Source of the DNA: Clostridia bacterium
GTDB lineage: Bacteria > Bacillota > Clostridia > TANB77 > CAG-465
Direction: 5' to 3'
Assembly (NCBI GenBank): GCA_045652705.1
Contig: JAZRUV010000008.1
Location: 24,620-88,619 of the forward strand
DNA: 64,000 nt
Part shown: piece by piece, positions 49,849 through 60,540 of the stretch
How positions within the stretch are numbered: the stretch's first letter is position 1
How the letters are laid out: every line of letters begins with the position of its first letter
Program-made: the position numbers and the translations under genes
Notes under the pieces: model-generated
Told to the model about the DNA's origin: nothing
Seen by the model: only the letters and a program-made list of their open reading frames with translations
The model's database searches: none

Positions 49849-50961
49849 ATGATAGGAATGAATCAAATAAAGAAAAGATTAATTCATGGAATTTTAATAG
49901 GTCTAGCAATAGGATTAGTATTTGTAATTATTACAATTATAATATCTAACAATATTGTTACGGGATATAAGGAAGGAACAAATAAAACATTTTTAGAAAG
50001 GTATACATCTGATGTTGTAACTTTTACAAGGGATGTTGTTCAAGGTGAAACAATTACACCTGACATGCTTCAAACAACTACAATACACATAAATACAGTT
50101 CCAAGTAATGCATATACTTCAGTTGGGGCGGTAGTTGGTCAGGTAGCAAAGTATAACATAGTAAGAAATTCTACAGTTGTGTCTTCTATGGTATCAGATA
50201 AAATAATATCGCAAGATATGAGAATACAAGAAATAAATGCTGTAGTACTTCCAACTGACCTTATGGTAAATGATTTTATAGATATAAGATTAATGTATCC
50301 AAGTGGTGTTGAATATACAGTGCTTGCTCAAAAGCAAGTTACAAAAATAGTTGGAACAACAATATGGATGGATATGTCTGAAGAAGATACACTTATGCTT
50401 AACAGTGCTATAGTAGATTCGTATTTAACAGATGGAACGAAATTATATGCAGTTAGATATACAGATCCAACTACGCAAATAAAATTAGGGGAGTCAGAAG
50501 CAGCTGCAAGTTCTGCTAGACTATGGCTAAAAGACGAAATAGGAAAAAAGTTAGCACAGTTTAATAGTATTGACGAGGTATATGTGACTGAAAACAGACC
50601 TACAGGTAATGTTAATATATATGGTGAGGCTGAAACAACACCTGTAGCTACTGCAAAAGATAAAATAATAGACATGGTAACAGATTATGCTATAGAGTAT
50701 AGATATTATGTTGAGTCGTTCAATAAAACAAAAGTAACATATCAACCTAATGCTCAAGTAATGGCATATATGAAAAATGAGGATAATTATATCGTTGAAA
50801 AAGCTAAAGAAAGATTAAGTGCTACTGCAAGACAAAATATCGAAAGAAACATTGCGTTATTTGAAAATTCAAATGCTGAAGGATATTCAAATGTAGTTTC
50901 AGGAATAAACACATCAATAACTGCACAACAAACTCTAAGAAATCAGGCGTTAGGACAATAA
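49849..50961 (+). CDS. SAF-domain CpaB/RcpC-like pilus assembly protein
   Basis: N-terminal TM then FTRDVVQGETITPDMLQTTTIH..GAVVGQVAKYNIVRNSTVVSSMV. Confidence 0.65.
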   Translation: MIGMNQIKKRLIHGILIGLAIGLVFVIITIIISNNIVTGYKEGTNKTFLERYTSDVVTFTRDVVQGETITPDMLQTTTIHINTVPSNAYTSVGAVVGQVAKYNIVRNSTVVSSMVSDKIISQDMRIQEINAVVLPTDLMVNDFIDIRLMYPSGVEYTVLAQKQVTKIVGTTIWMDMSEEDTLMLNSAIVDSYLTDGTKLYAVRYTDPTTQIKLGESEAAASSARLWLKDEIGKKLAQFNSIDEVYVTENRPTGNVNIYGEAETTPVATAKDKIIDMVTDYAIEYRYYVESFNKTKVTYQPNAQVMAYMKNEDNYIVEKAKERLSATARQNIERNIALFENSNAEGYSNVVSGINTSITAQQTLRNQALGQ

Positions 50962-50975
50962 TTTAGGAGGAACAA

Positions 50976-51701
50976 ATGCAAAAGGTAATAGGTTTAGTAG
51001 GATATGTAAACAAAACAGAATATGTTATAAATCTAGCAAAAGTATTATCAATTACAGGCAAATCAGTGCTTGTAATTGATGGTACTGTTGAAGAACGTTT
51101 AAGATATTCTATACCAGCCTTTAATAATTCAGAGAAAGAATATTTAGTACATTTTGATACAGTAGATTACGCACTAGGTTTTAGAAGTATTGAAAGTATA
51201 AAAGAATATATTTGCAAGAAAACATCTAACGCAGATAACTATGATATTATACTAATAGATATAGATAACGTCAGTGCTTACGAAGATTTCAGACAAGAAA
51301 ATTTTTCCAAGACATTCTTTTTCTTAGAATATTTAAATATTTCAATGGCAAAAAATGAAGAGCTTTTAAAAGCAATAGCAAGCTATGAAGCAGTAGATAG
51401 AAAACCGGTCCTTTCAAGGGTGATATTTAAGCAATATGTAACAAGAGCAAGTGAAAAATATTTTGAAAACAAAATATTAAATTTCCCAATAGAGTGGAAT
51501 GAAGTTGCATATGAACTTCCTTATATGGACCAAGATAAAATTGCGGATATAGAATTTGAACAAAGTGGTTATATAGATATGAATAGACACACTAAAGTGT
51601 ACTTAAATTTAGTAACAGATATGGCGTCAGATATAATTGGAGACGTACAAGCAGGAGATATAAGAAAAATGGTTAAAATGTATACAAGGGGGAGAGCGTA
51701 A
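50976..51701 (+). CDS. ParA/MinD-like protein with altered P-loop (CpaE-like?)
   Basis: KVIGLVGYVNKTEYVINLAKVLSITGKSVLVIDGT; YDIILIDIDN. Confidence 0.55.
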   Translation: MQKVIGLVGYVNKTEYVINLAKVLSITGKSVLVIDGTVEERLRYSIPAFNNSEKEYLVHFDTVDYALGFRSIESIKEYICKKTSNADNYDIILIDIDNVSAYEDFRQENFSKTFFFLEYLNISMAKNEELLKAIASYEAVDRKPVLSRVIFKQYVTRASEKYFENKILNFPIEWNEVAYELPYMDQDKIADIEFEQSGYIDMNRHTKVYLNLVTDMASDIIGDVQAGDIRKMVKMYTRGRA

Positions 51702-52507
51702 TGCCAAAGATAGTTTTTTGGAGTCCAGTAGCAACTTCCATAGGGCAAACACACGCTAGTGTGGCAGTAAGTACTTTGATGGCAATAGAAGAAGATTTTT
51801 CAAACATTCTTCTACATGGGCATTGGCAAGCCAAGAAAATAGAGAGTTCCTTTACAGATTATGAGTCTTTAAAGGCTCAAAACGTCTTTAACAGTTCTAG
51901 TATGGGTATTACTGCTTTAGCAAGACTTGTAGAGAGCAATAAATTAACGCCTGAGAGTATTAGGAATTATGCAAAACCAGTTTTGAAACAAAGATTGGAT
52001 GTAATGTATGGCACTAACGTTGCAAGTAGAGAACAATTTAGTCAACTTACAAATAGCTTGTCTATGGTTATTGGGAAAGCAAATGAAACTTATGATTTAG
52101 TATGGGTTGACCTTCCTAAAGGAACAGAAAAGACATATATTACAGATGCTTTAGAAAGTGCGGACTATATAGTATGTACTATAAATCAAGAAGAAGTATT
52201 TTTAGAAGAGGCAATAGAAAAATATCTTGCAAATGATATTATAAAAAAGAAACCAAGAATGTTACTTATGTGTAATTATGAACAAAAATCTAAATATAAT
52301 ATACCAAATATTCGCAGAAAATATGGAATAAAAGAAGCGATACACGCAATACCACATAATTACGTGTTTACGGATGCATGTAATGATGGTTCGGTTATAG
52401 ATTTCTTTTATAAAAATATCGCAGCAGATAAAACTGATTATAATGGCGAATTTATACACGAAATAAGAAGTATAACAAAAACAATATTAGATCATGTAAA
52501 AATATAA
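51701..52507 (+). CDS. ParA/CpaE-like protein with altered P-loop
   Basis: KIVFWSPVATSIGQTHASVAVSTLMA; YDLVWVDLPKGTEK; overlaps preceding gene by 1 nt. Confidence 0.55.
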   Translation: MPKIVFWSPVATSIGQTHASVAVSTLMAIEEDFSNILLHGHWQAKKIESSFTDYESLKAQNVFNSSSMGITALARLVESNKLTPESIRNYAKPVLKQRLDVMYGTNVASREQFSQLTNSLSMVIGKANETYDLVWVDLPKGTEKTYITDALESADYIVCTINQEEVFLEEAIEKYLANDIIKKKPRMLLMCNYEQKSKYNIPNIRRKYGIKEAIHAIPHNYVFTDACNDGSVIDFFYKNIAADKTDYNGEFIHEIRSITKTILDHVKI

Positions 52508-52525
52508 TGTAAGGAGGAAAGAGCT

Positions 52526-54418
52526 TTGTCACTATCATTAATATTGAACTTAATATTAACTTTTGTCATATTAGCAATTGTTGTTGCTGGAATATATTAT
52601 GCCGCAACAAGCAAGAAAGACACAGATTCGGTTGATGAAGTTGAGCGTGAAAGACAACGTTATAGTATCAAAGGAATGACCGAATTTATAAAACATGAAT
52701 TTGATGAAATAACAAGAATGAATTTGTATGATCTTGCTCTTTCTGAAGATGAATTTGAAAGAAGAAAGAATACAAAATATGATTTAAAGAAAGCATTAAA
52801 AGGCGCTGGCTATGCTTCAGCAAACGACAAAAAGTATGTAAAAACTTTAATGTTCGACCTTTTAAGAAACCAATATAAAGTAACAGATAGAAACTTAAAT
52901 TATGCTATACCTTTTGATAATAAAGATAAAATGACAGCACAAGATAAGTTTGATATCTTACTTCACATGTATAAGAAAAAATACAAATCAAATGCTTTAA
53001 ATCAAATAATATCTAAATATAGATTAGATGAACCCAAGTTTGAATTTGACTCAGCGGTTCCTTCGTATGTTATAACACCTCAAGAAATTGAGCATATATA
53101 TGAAGAAGAACTAGCAGGAACAATTATAGATTTTGATGATAAACTAGAAATAGTAGTTCAAAGAATATATCAAGGATATAAAGGATTTAGTGTTATAGAT
53201 GATATACGTGACCAAAACATAGATGGTGTTTCAGGAGGAGTATCAGGTATACCACCGAGCTTCTTAGACCAAGTTGGTGATATGGAAGATTACCTTGACC
53301 AAACAGGAAAACTTAACATACCAATGTCTTATGACTCAATATGGATTTTCTATAAAGGTAAATCGATGTACTTATCTTTCCTATCATTTGGTAGTGAAGC
53401 GGAGCTAAGAAGAGTTTGTCAAAACATATACAAATTTAATAATCCTGGACAATTGTCTGAATCTGTTGGTTACAAAATCAACGAAATGAAAGATGGTTCC
53501 AGAATAGTTGTATTAAGACCAAACTTTGCAGAATCGTGGGCGTTCTTCGTAAGAAAATTTGCACCACCAACATTGATAGATACAGAACAATTATTAGTAC
53601 ATAAAAATAAAGAGCCAGTAATAGAGCTATTAAAATATTTAATAAGAGGAGCTCGTGTTACAGCAATAACAGGTGAACAAGGTTGCGGTAAAACTACACT
53701 TCTTATGGCTATAATGAAATATCTTTATCCAACAATAACGATGCGTGTTCAAGAAACTGCATTCGAACTTCACTTAAGAAAAATTTATCCTAGAAACAAC
53801 ATCTTGTCTTTAAGAGAAACCGATACAATAACAGGTCAAGAAGGTCTTGACGTTCAGAAAAAGACAGATGGTGGTGTTAACATCCTAGGAGAGGTTGCAA
53901 CTGATCCGGTTGCAGCTTGGATGATACAAATGGCGCAGGTTGCATCTAAATTTACATTATTTACACACCACGCAAAAACATTCCCTAACCTAATAACTGC
54001 ATTAAGAAACTCACTTTTAAAAATAGGTATGTTCAATAACGAAGATGTTGCAGAAGTACAGGTTGTAAATGTTATAAACTTTGACGTTCACCTAAAAAGA
54101 GGTGTTGACGGAACAAGATATATAGAAAGAATAACTGAATGTGTTCCAAAAGAGAAAGCATTTAAATACCATGAGGGATATAAAACAGCTAAAAGTATGG
54201 AACACAAATGGGAAGCTTTTATGGATAATGCTACCGAATATTTTAGACACATGACTCAAACTTCAAACTATGATTATCATAATATAGTAGAGTTTAAAGA
54301 CGGTGAATATGTATTTGTACATCAACTTTCCGAAGCTAACGTACAAGCTATGCGTGAAAACATGTCTGATGAAGATATCAAAGCTTTTGATAAATTCTTA
54401 GACACGGCTTGGGGGTGA
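52526..54418 (+). CDS. CpaF/TadA-like secretion ATPase
   Basis: Walker A AITGEQGCGKTTLL; VNILGEVATDPVAAWMIQMAQVASKFTLFTHHAKTFPNLI. Confidence 0.82.
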   Translation: MSLSLILNLILTFVILAIVVAGIYYAATSKKDTDSVDEVERERQRYSIKGMTEFIKHEFDEITRMNLYDLALSEDEFERRKNTKYDLKKALKGAGYASANDKKYVKTLMFDLLRNQYKVTDRNLNYAIPFDNKDKMTAQDKFDILLHMYKKKYKSNALNQIISKYRLDEPKFEFDSAVPSYVITPQEIEHIYEEELAGTIIDFDDKLEIVVQRIYQGYKGFSVIDDIRDQNIDGVSGGVSGIPPSFLDQVGDMEDYLDQTGKLNIPMSYDSIWIFYKGKSMYLSFLSFGSEAELRRVCQNIYKFNNPGQLSESVGYKINEMKDGSRIVVLRPNFAESWAFFVRKFAPPTLIDTEQLLVHKNKEPVIELLKYLIRGARVTAITGEQGCGKTTLLMAIMKYLYPTITMRVQETAFELHLRKIYPRNNILSLRETDTITGQEGLDVQKKTDGGVNILGEVATDPVAAWMIQMAQVASKFTLFTHHAKTFPNLITALRNSLLKIGMFNNEDVAEVQVVNVINFDVHLKRGVDGTRYIERITECVPKEKAFKYHEGYKTAKSMEHKWEAFMDNATEYFRHMTQTSNYDYHNIVEFKDGEYVFVHQLSEANVQAMRENMSDEDIKAFDKFLDTAWG

Positions 54419-54424
54419 GTATAG

Positions 54425-56494
54425 GTGGCAAGTAATATATGGTATATAGTTGGTGGAATGGTAGGATTTGCTTTTATAGGATTACTTGCTGTTATAATAT
54501 ACTACCAAGCTACCAAGAAAAAATATGCGGGTAATAAAAAGCTTTATCAAAAAGATCAAATAGTTGTAAAAAATAAAACAAGTATTAGAGATATTTTTGA
54601 TAGAATTTATCAAGTAGCATATTTAGCGCTTGTAAAAATCCCAATAATAAAACATTATACTAAAAAGACAAGACTTAAACTGGAAATGGTAAATGATTAT
54701 ACAGAGTATGAAATAAGAAAGAAAACAGGTTCAATAATGTTAGGCTCACTCTTATTTATATTTGCCGCGTTATTTGTTTTCTTGAATGTAGTTTCAGATT
54801 TATATATGGCAGCAGTAGTAACTCTGATGGTATTTGTAATAAATGATGTAATGATTAACTCAAGGGTTAATAAGGTTGCAGATAAAATAATGAGACAATT
54901 ACCAGAAGTGTTTACTGAAATAAGACACTCATTCCATGAACATGGTATGATAGAAGAAGCATTCAACGATGCTATTGAGGAACTTGAAGATAAAGAGATA
55001 ATGCCTCAAATAAGAAAAATACGTGATGCAATACTATCAGATAATCCTGAAGTTCAACTTGAAAAATACTATGACACAGCACCAAATAAATTCTTAAAAT
55101 TATTTGCAGGTGTATCTTATCTTACAATGGAACTTGGAGATAGAGAGGTAAATGGAGTGTCGGTATACTTGAAAAACTTAAACAATATATTAAATGATGT
55201 TTACCTTGAAATTCTAAAAAAAGATAAAATAAACTATATGTTTAGAAGCTTAACGGGAATAGCAATAGCACCAATATTCTTCATACAAATAGTAGAAAAT
55301 TGGGCTATATCTAACTTCCCAGCACTTATAAACTTCTATTCAAGTAGTTTTGGATTTATAGTACAAGCAGTACTCATGATATCAATATTCTTGGCATACT
55401 TCTTGCTTAAAGTAATAAGAGAAGATGCAAATGAGATTAAATTTGATAGAATAGTTACTCAAAAGTGGCAAGATAAGGCGTATAAAATACCTTTAGTTAA
55501 ATTTTTAGTAAATGGATTTATGCCAAGAGAACACACTAAAAAATACCAAATGCTTTCTGATAGGATAAAATCTACAAACTCATTCTTAACAATGCCATGG
55601 TTTTATATAAACAAGTTTATGTATGCAATAGTAGCATTTGTAGCGATGTTTGTTCTACTTATAAACATACATCTAATAGATTTAAATAGTATATATAACG
55701 ATATTAGTGAAGAGTTTATAGGGCTTGGAACGTTGTCTGCAGAAGATCAAAAAGCAGCAGAAGCAATGAATGCCAAGGATAAAGAGATTGTAGACAAATT
55801 GAAAGGTGAGCAAAAGGTAACTAAGGAAGATGTAAAAGCAGAATTAGAAAAACAACAAGGCGGTAAAGTTACAGATACGGACGTAGACAGAGTATTTGAA
55901 AAGATAGAAGGAGTTAAAAACAACTTCTTCAAATTTTGGGAAGTAATTATAGCACTTCTTGCAGCTTGGATAGCATACTTTATTCCAAATATAACGTTAT
56001 TTATTAAAAATAAAATAAGGGCTTTGGAAAAAGAAGATGAAGTAATGCAATTCCAGTCAATAATCTTAATGCTTATGTATATAGAGCGTATAGATGTACA
56101 GACAATACTAGAATGGCTTGAAAGATATTCTTATGCATACAAAGAGCCAATAGCAACAGCATTAAACAACTATGAAGCGGGAGCTTTAGAAGCTTTAGAA
56201 GATTTAAAAGATGCTGTACCACAAAAAGATTTTAAGCGTATAGTAGAAGCATTAATATCTGCCGTTGAAAGAATTCCTATTAAGGACGCTTTCGATGAGC
56301 TAGAAACAGAAAGAAGTTTCCAATACGAAAGAAGGAAAGATACCAATGAAAGAATCATACAAAAGAAAACATCTCTTGGAAAAACAATTGGATTTGCTCC
56401 TTTGATAATATTGGTAGCTGGATATTTTGTAGGACCATTGTTACTTGTAAGTATAATGCAACTTATGACTTACTTCAGTACAATGCAATTCTAA
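54425..56494 (+). CDS. TadB/TadC-like (GspF-class) membrane protein, enlarged
   Basis: LPEVFTEIRHSFHEHGMIEEAFNDAIEELED...; C-terminal KKTSLGKTIGFAPLIILVAGYFVGPLLLV; adjacent to ATPase. Confidence 0.65.
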   Translation: MASNIWYIVGGMVGFAFIGLLAVIIYYQATKKKYAGNKKLYQKDQIVVKNKTSIRDIFDRIYQVAYLALVKIPIIKHYTKKTRLKLEMVNDYTEYEIRKKTGSIMLGSLLFIFAALFVFLNVVSDLYMAAVVTLMVFVINDVMINSRVNKVADKIMRQLPEVFTEIRHSFHEHGMIEEAFNDAIEELEDKEIMPQIRKIRDAILSDNPEVQLEKYYDTAPNKFLKLFAGVSYLTMELGDREVNGVSVYLKNLNNILNDVYLEILKKDKINYMFRSLTGIAIAPIFFIQIVENWAISNFPALINFYSSSFGFIVQAVLMISIFLAYFLLKVIREDANEIKFDRIVTQKWQDKAYKIPLVKFLVNGFMPREHTKKYQMLSDRIKSTNSFLTMPWFYINKFMYAIVAFVAMFVLLINIHLIDLNSIYNDISEEFIGLGTLSAEDQKAAEAMNAKDKEIVDKLKGEQKVTKEDVKAELEKQQGGKVTDTDVDRVFEKIEGVKNNFFKFWEVIIALLAAWIAYFIPNITLFIKNKIRALEKEDEVMQFQSIILMLMYIERIDVQTILEWLERYSYAYKEPIATALNNYEAGALEALEDLKDAVPQKDFKRIVEALISAVERIPIKDAFDELETERSFQYERRKDTNERIIQKKTSLGKTIGFAPLIILVAGYFVGPLLLVSIMQLMTYFSTMQF

Positions 56495-56597
56495 ACAAGG
56501 TTAAAACGCATTAGGCGTTTAACATATATAATGGTTATATCACGTAAAGTGAATAACAATATATTATAATATATTATCTATAAAGGAGGTTAAAAAT

Positions 56598-57149
56598 ATG
56601 GATAATGCACAAAAAGCGATTATGATTGGTGTTGGACTTTTCATTACAATCATAATCATATCTGCAGTACTATTAATAACAAACCTAGGTACTGGTTTAA
56701 TAAGTAATGCTCAAGGACAATTGTCTAACATATCTAAATCATTACAAAACCAAGTAACAGCAGCATACGATGGAAAAACTATGACAGGTGCTGATGTTAT
56801 AGCAGCAGTTCAACAATATGAAAATTCTGAAATGTCTGTAACTATAAATAATGGTTCGCAAGATTACTATTCTGGAAAATATAAAGTACCTACAACAAGC
56901 CTTAGAGTAGAAAAAGAATTAGCTGCTGGCGTAACAGACGGTACAGCTATAGGAAGAGCAAGTTCACATCCAGGTGGCGTATATTTTGCTGGAACATTAA
57001 GCGAATTACAATCTTCCGACAAAACTAATGTTACTCAATTACAAGCAACAACTGGTGGTGGAGTAAGTGCTGTAAAAACATACTATAGCTCTATTGTAAA
57101 AGATGCAACAACAGATACAGTTATAGGAATTGTATTTATGCAAAAATAA
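56598..57149 (+). CDS. pilin-like small secreted/membrane protein (candidate major subunit)
   Basis: MDNAQKAIMIGVGLFITIIIISAVLLITNLG N-terminal hydrophobic helix; polar Gly/Ser/Thr-rich remainder. Confidence 0.55.
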   Translation: MDNAQKAIMIGVGLFITIIIISAVLLITNLGTGLISNAQGQLSNISKSLQNQVTAAYDGKTMTGADVIAAVQQYENSEMSVTINNGSQDYYSGKYKVPTTSLRVEKELAAGVTDGTAIGRASSHPGGVYFAGTLSELQSSDKTNVTQLQATTGGGVSAVKTYYSSIVKDATTDTVIGIVFMQK

Positions 57150-57166
57150 TTTAAAAGTCCAAAACT

Positions 57167-57202
57167 TAAAAGGCATATAATTATGTTGTATGCCTTTTTA
57201 AG
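57167..57202 (+). terminator. hairpin terminator after candidate major pilin gene
   Basis: taaaaggcata...tatgccttttta. Confidence 0.7.
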
Positions 57203-57331
57203 TCTATTTTAAGATATGTTAAATTTTAGTTAAAAATTACTAATTATTTATATTAAATTAACAAATAAAAGAAGATTTTTGGGATTAGTTATAATCTTTT
57301 TCTACTTGTTAATTTATGAAAGGAGAAAGCT

Positions 57332-57778
57332 ATGGAAGACTTTAGTATTAGGGCGATAGTTATTGGTGTGTCGTTATTTGTAACAATGCTTACACTTACA
57401 GCTATTTTAATGTATTTTAATACCGCTAGAAGTATTGCAGATGAAGTTAATAAAAGAACAGATATAGCTAGCTCTTATGATTATATTATGAATGCTGATG
57501 TTGTTGATGATGAACTTACTGGGGTAGAAGTACGTTCTCTAATACATAAATATGCATCAAGTGACAGAGTAACAATCAATATAACTATAGTTAATAATGG
57601 CGTAAAAAAAGAATATAGAGATATAAATAATTCTTGGCTAAAAAAAATAAATGACAACGCATATTTAATAAGTGAAGTAGAGCTGGATAAGATAAATACA
57701 GCCTCAAAATACAATGTGAATAAAGTGGAAAACCAAGGCAGAACAATCCTAAATATCAATTCAATTGTGGAAGATTAA
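57332..57778 (+). CDS. pseudopilin-like protein
   Basis: N-term FSIRAIVIGVSLFVTMLTLTAILMYFNTA. Confidence 0.5.
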   Translation: MEDFSIRAIVIGVSLFVTMLTLTAILMYFNTARSIADEVNKRTDIASSYDYIMNADVVDDELTGVEVRSLIHKYASSDRVTINITIVNNGVKKEYRDINNSWLKKINDNAYLISEVELDKINTASKYNVNKVENQGRTILNINSIVED

Positions 57779-57790
57779 GGTGAGAAACAA

Positions 57791-59614
57791 ATGGAAGACA
57801 ATATACAAACAATTATTGTAGTTATAATATCTGCATTTCTTCTTTTTATATTTCCTGTATATATGGCTTATGAAAAGAAGGATGATATTTCTTACGCTCT
57901 TGCAATGAGATATACTCAAGACTTAGTAGATGAAGTAAGAAGTAAGGGTTATTTAACTAAAAATATGTATGAAGATTATAGGGCAAAGCTAAAGCTTACA
58001 GGTAATACCTATGATATCCAAATGACACACGAATATAACAGATATGACCCTATAACCAATTATTATAAAGTAGAAAATGAACAATATGTACTTGTAAAGA
58101 CAACCACTCACGAGGATAGAAAAATATATGAACATTCAGTATTAGAGGAAGGAATAGAATTAGGAAAGATTAACGAACAGTCCTCAGAAAAAGAGAAACA
58201 ACGTTATTTAGAAAGTGTATATAAACAAAATGGTATAGATAAGGTGGAAGAAACATATCAACTGTCTAAAGAGGTATATACATCAAATCACATAGTAAAT
58301 GTTTTAAACAGTGAAAGAAAATTACAACTTAATTCAACTTCAGATAATGTTAAGTGTAGTGATGTTTATGATGCAGATGATGGTTGTCAATATGCATACA
58401 TTATGAATGTTGACGACAACTTTAATATAACAATAAAAAATACAAATATAACTTTAGCAACAGTAATATACAATATGGTTACAGCAAATACTTTGGATGA
58501 TAACACGAGAATATATGTAAATTATGGTGGAGCAATTCTTGCAAATAAATGGTATGCAAATGTAGATTATGCTAAAATGAAACATGACAGTTTAAGTTTA
58601 AATAAGTTTACAGAAAAGATAATATTTACTCCAGAAAGACATTTTTACATTACAGTAGAAGGGGGGATTTATCCAACAACAAATAAAGCTGAGGATAATT
58701 CTCCAATAATAAATAGTTGTGATGGGCCATATGTATTAGACTTTGATGTAAAACCTCAAGAGGTAACAGAACTTAAAGAAAAGGGCGCAATTAGAACAGC
58801 GGATTATTCTAGATATAACTTTGCTATAGGAAATGATAAACAATATAACAATGAAAGTATGATGTCAGTAAGTGTTGGAATAAATGGTATTTCTTTAATA
58901 GTAAATGAAACAAAAAATTATAGGGTAAACACATCAAGTTTAGTAAATTTACCATCATATCAAAAGAAAATAGAAAAAACTCGTGTTGTCCAAGAAGAAT
59001 ATGTGTATATAGATGAACAAACGGGAGAAGAAAAAATAGGCTTAAGGGATAAGGTAGAAACATATTTTGAATATATTACAGAGCAAAGAAAAATAACGGA
59101 TTATTCTAAATTGGTATTAAATTATGTTTCAAAAGGAAAGATAAAAGTTACTCTTAGTGGAAAAAGTGGTGTGCCAGCTTTTGAAGAAAATATATTGGTT
59201 ATAGATGATAATAATTTGTTACAAGGGCTAAACAATATAGTAATACAAAATCCAATAGTTAATACATATACAGGAAATATAGGACAAGCAAGTAATAAAA
59301 GAGGAACTAACGTAAATTATAGTATAAATGTAACAGACACTACAATAGGAATTACTGCTGGAAAATATGTTTCGGAAGAACTTACAATTCTTTCATATCC
59401 ATTTACTATTAATGACTATGTAAATGTTAGAATAGAATTGGAACAAAATAAAAACAAAAATTATCAAGCAATACTTTTTGTTGATGATGAAAAAGTGGAT
59501 GAGAGTATTGAAATGGAAACACTTCCAAAGATTAGTGTAATAGGAAAAACATTTATAGGAAATGAAGAAAGATTTTTTGATGGGTATTTAAGAAACATAA
59601 AAATGTATAACTAA
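57791..59614 (+). CDS. 607-aa pseudopilin-like/adhesin protein with possible C-terminal LamG-like fold
   Basis: N-terminal TM IQTIIVVIISAFLLFIFPVYMAYEKKDDISYALAMRYTQDLVDEVRSKGYL; C-term NVRIELEQNKNKNYQAILFVDDEKVDE..FFDGYLRNIKMYN. Confidence 0.5.
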   Translation: MEDNIQTIIVVIISAFLLFIFPVYMAYEKKDDISYALAMRYTQDLVDEVRSKGYLTKNMYEDYRAKLKLTGNTYDIQMTHEYNRYDPITNYYKVENEQYVLVKTTTHEDRKIYEHSVLEEGIELGKINEQSSEKEKQRYLESVYKQNGIDKVEETYQLSKEVYTSNHIVNVLNSERKLQLNSTSDNVKCSDVYDADDGCQYAYIMNVDDNFNITIKNTNITLATVIYNMVTANTLDDNTRIYVNYGGAILANKWYANVDYAKMKHDSLSLNKFTEKIIFTPERHFYITVEGGIYPTTNKAEDNSPIINSCDGPYVLDFDVKPQEVTELKEKGAIRTADYSRYNFAIGNDKQYNNESMMSVSVGINGISLIVNETKNYRVNTSSLVNLPSYQKKIEKTRVVQEEYVYIDEQTGEEKIGLRDKVETYFEYITEQRKITDYSKLVLNYVSKGKIKVTLSGKSGVPAFEENILVIDDNNLLQGLNNIVIQNPIVNTYTGNIGQASNKRGTNVNYSINVTDTTIGITAGKYVSEELTILSYPFTINDYVNVRIELEQNKNKNYQAILFVDDEKVDESIEMETLPKISVIGKTFIGNEERFFDGYLRNIKMYN

Positions 59615-59626
59615 GGTGGTGATTTT

Positions 59627-60067
59627 GTGGATGATATTACAACGAGGACAATTGTTATAGCAGTAAATATATTTATAACTATAACAATAGTGTCATTAGT
59701 AATTATAATGTTTTTTCAAATGCAAGAAATATATGGAATAGTCGCAACAACGGACACGTCAATATATAATAAATTTGACGATATATATTCTATGTATCAT
59801 GGAAAAGCTGAAACTGGTGTAGGCCTCTTAAATACACTTAAGAGATACGAGGAGCAACCAGACGATCAAGTTATAATAACTTATGACAATTACCAAGAAA
59901 TAAGAAGCAAATTAGGAGAAAATGAAAGAGAAGTAGTTAAAATTAAAGAATTAATGACAGAAGGAAAAGACTATAATTTTGAAGATAAATACAGTGTCAC
60001 CGTATCTGATGGTGAGGATGGGACTGTAATAATAGATTTTAATAGAACAGTGCAAGTTAAAAAATAG
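59627..60067 (+). CDS. pseudopilin-like protein
   Basis: N-term DDITTRTIVIAVNIFITITIVSLVIIMFFQ; GTG/ATG start after ggtggtgatttt. Confidence 0.5.
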   Translation: MDDITTRTIVIAVNIFITITIVSLVIIMFFQMQEIYGIVATTDTSIYNKFDDIYSMYHGKAETGVGLLNTLKRYEEQPDDQVIITYDNYQEIRSKLGENEREVVKIKELMTEGKDYNFEDKYSVTVSDGEDGTVIIDFNRTVQVKK

Positions 60068-60088
60068 GTTTGAAAGGAGTATAAGCAT

Positions 60089-60523
60089 ATGGAGCAATCA
60101 GCATTTGAAGCTGTAATGACAGGTGTAAATGTATTTGTGTTTATTGTTGCACTTTCAGCGGCAATATTATTAATGTCAAATGTAATTGACATGGTTAATT
60201 TTGCAAATGAGAGAGCTATAACTGGTATGAATGGTACTATTGCTGAAAATGTAGGCGTAGTAAATGATAGAATTTATACTGGGGCTCAAATGCTTACATA
60301 TTATAAAAATCAAATGCAGAGACTTGAATCAGAAAGACAACCACTTGACTATGAATTTAATGTCCGATTAACTGAATTGGGAGATGAATATCCACTTGCA
60401 AGTTATGTACAAACAGAGAGTTTAGAAAACTATATAAACGAGGAGTTTATACTAGAGTACAAAGGTGAAATACAAGGTAAAAAAGTATATATATTTGCCT
60501 TAAGACAAGAAAGCGAAGTATAG
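60089..60523 (+). CDS. pseudopilin-like protein
   Basis: N-term QSAFEAVMTGVNVFVFIVALSAAILLMSNVIDM. Confidence 0.5.
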   Translation: MEQSAFEAVMTGVNVFVFIVALSAAILLMSNVIDMVNFANERAITGMNGTIAENVGVVNDRIYTGAQMLTYYKNQMQRLESERQPLDYEFNVRLTELGDEYPLASYVQTESLENYINEEFILEYKGEIQGKKVYIFALRQESEV

Positions 60524-60540
60524 AAAGGTAGAGTAAATGA

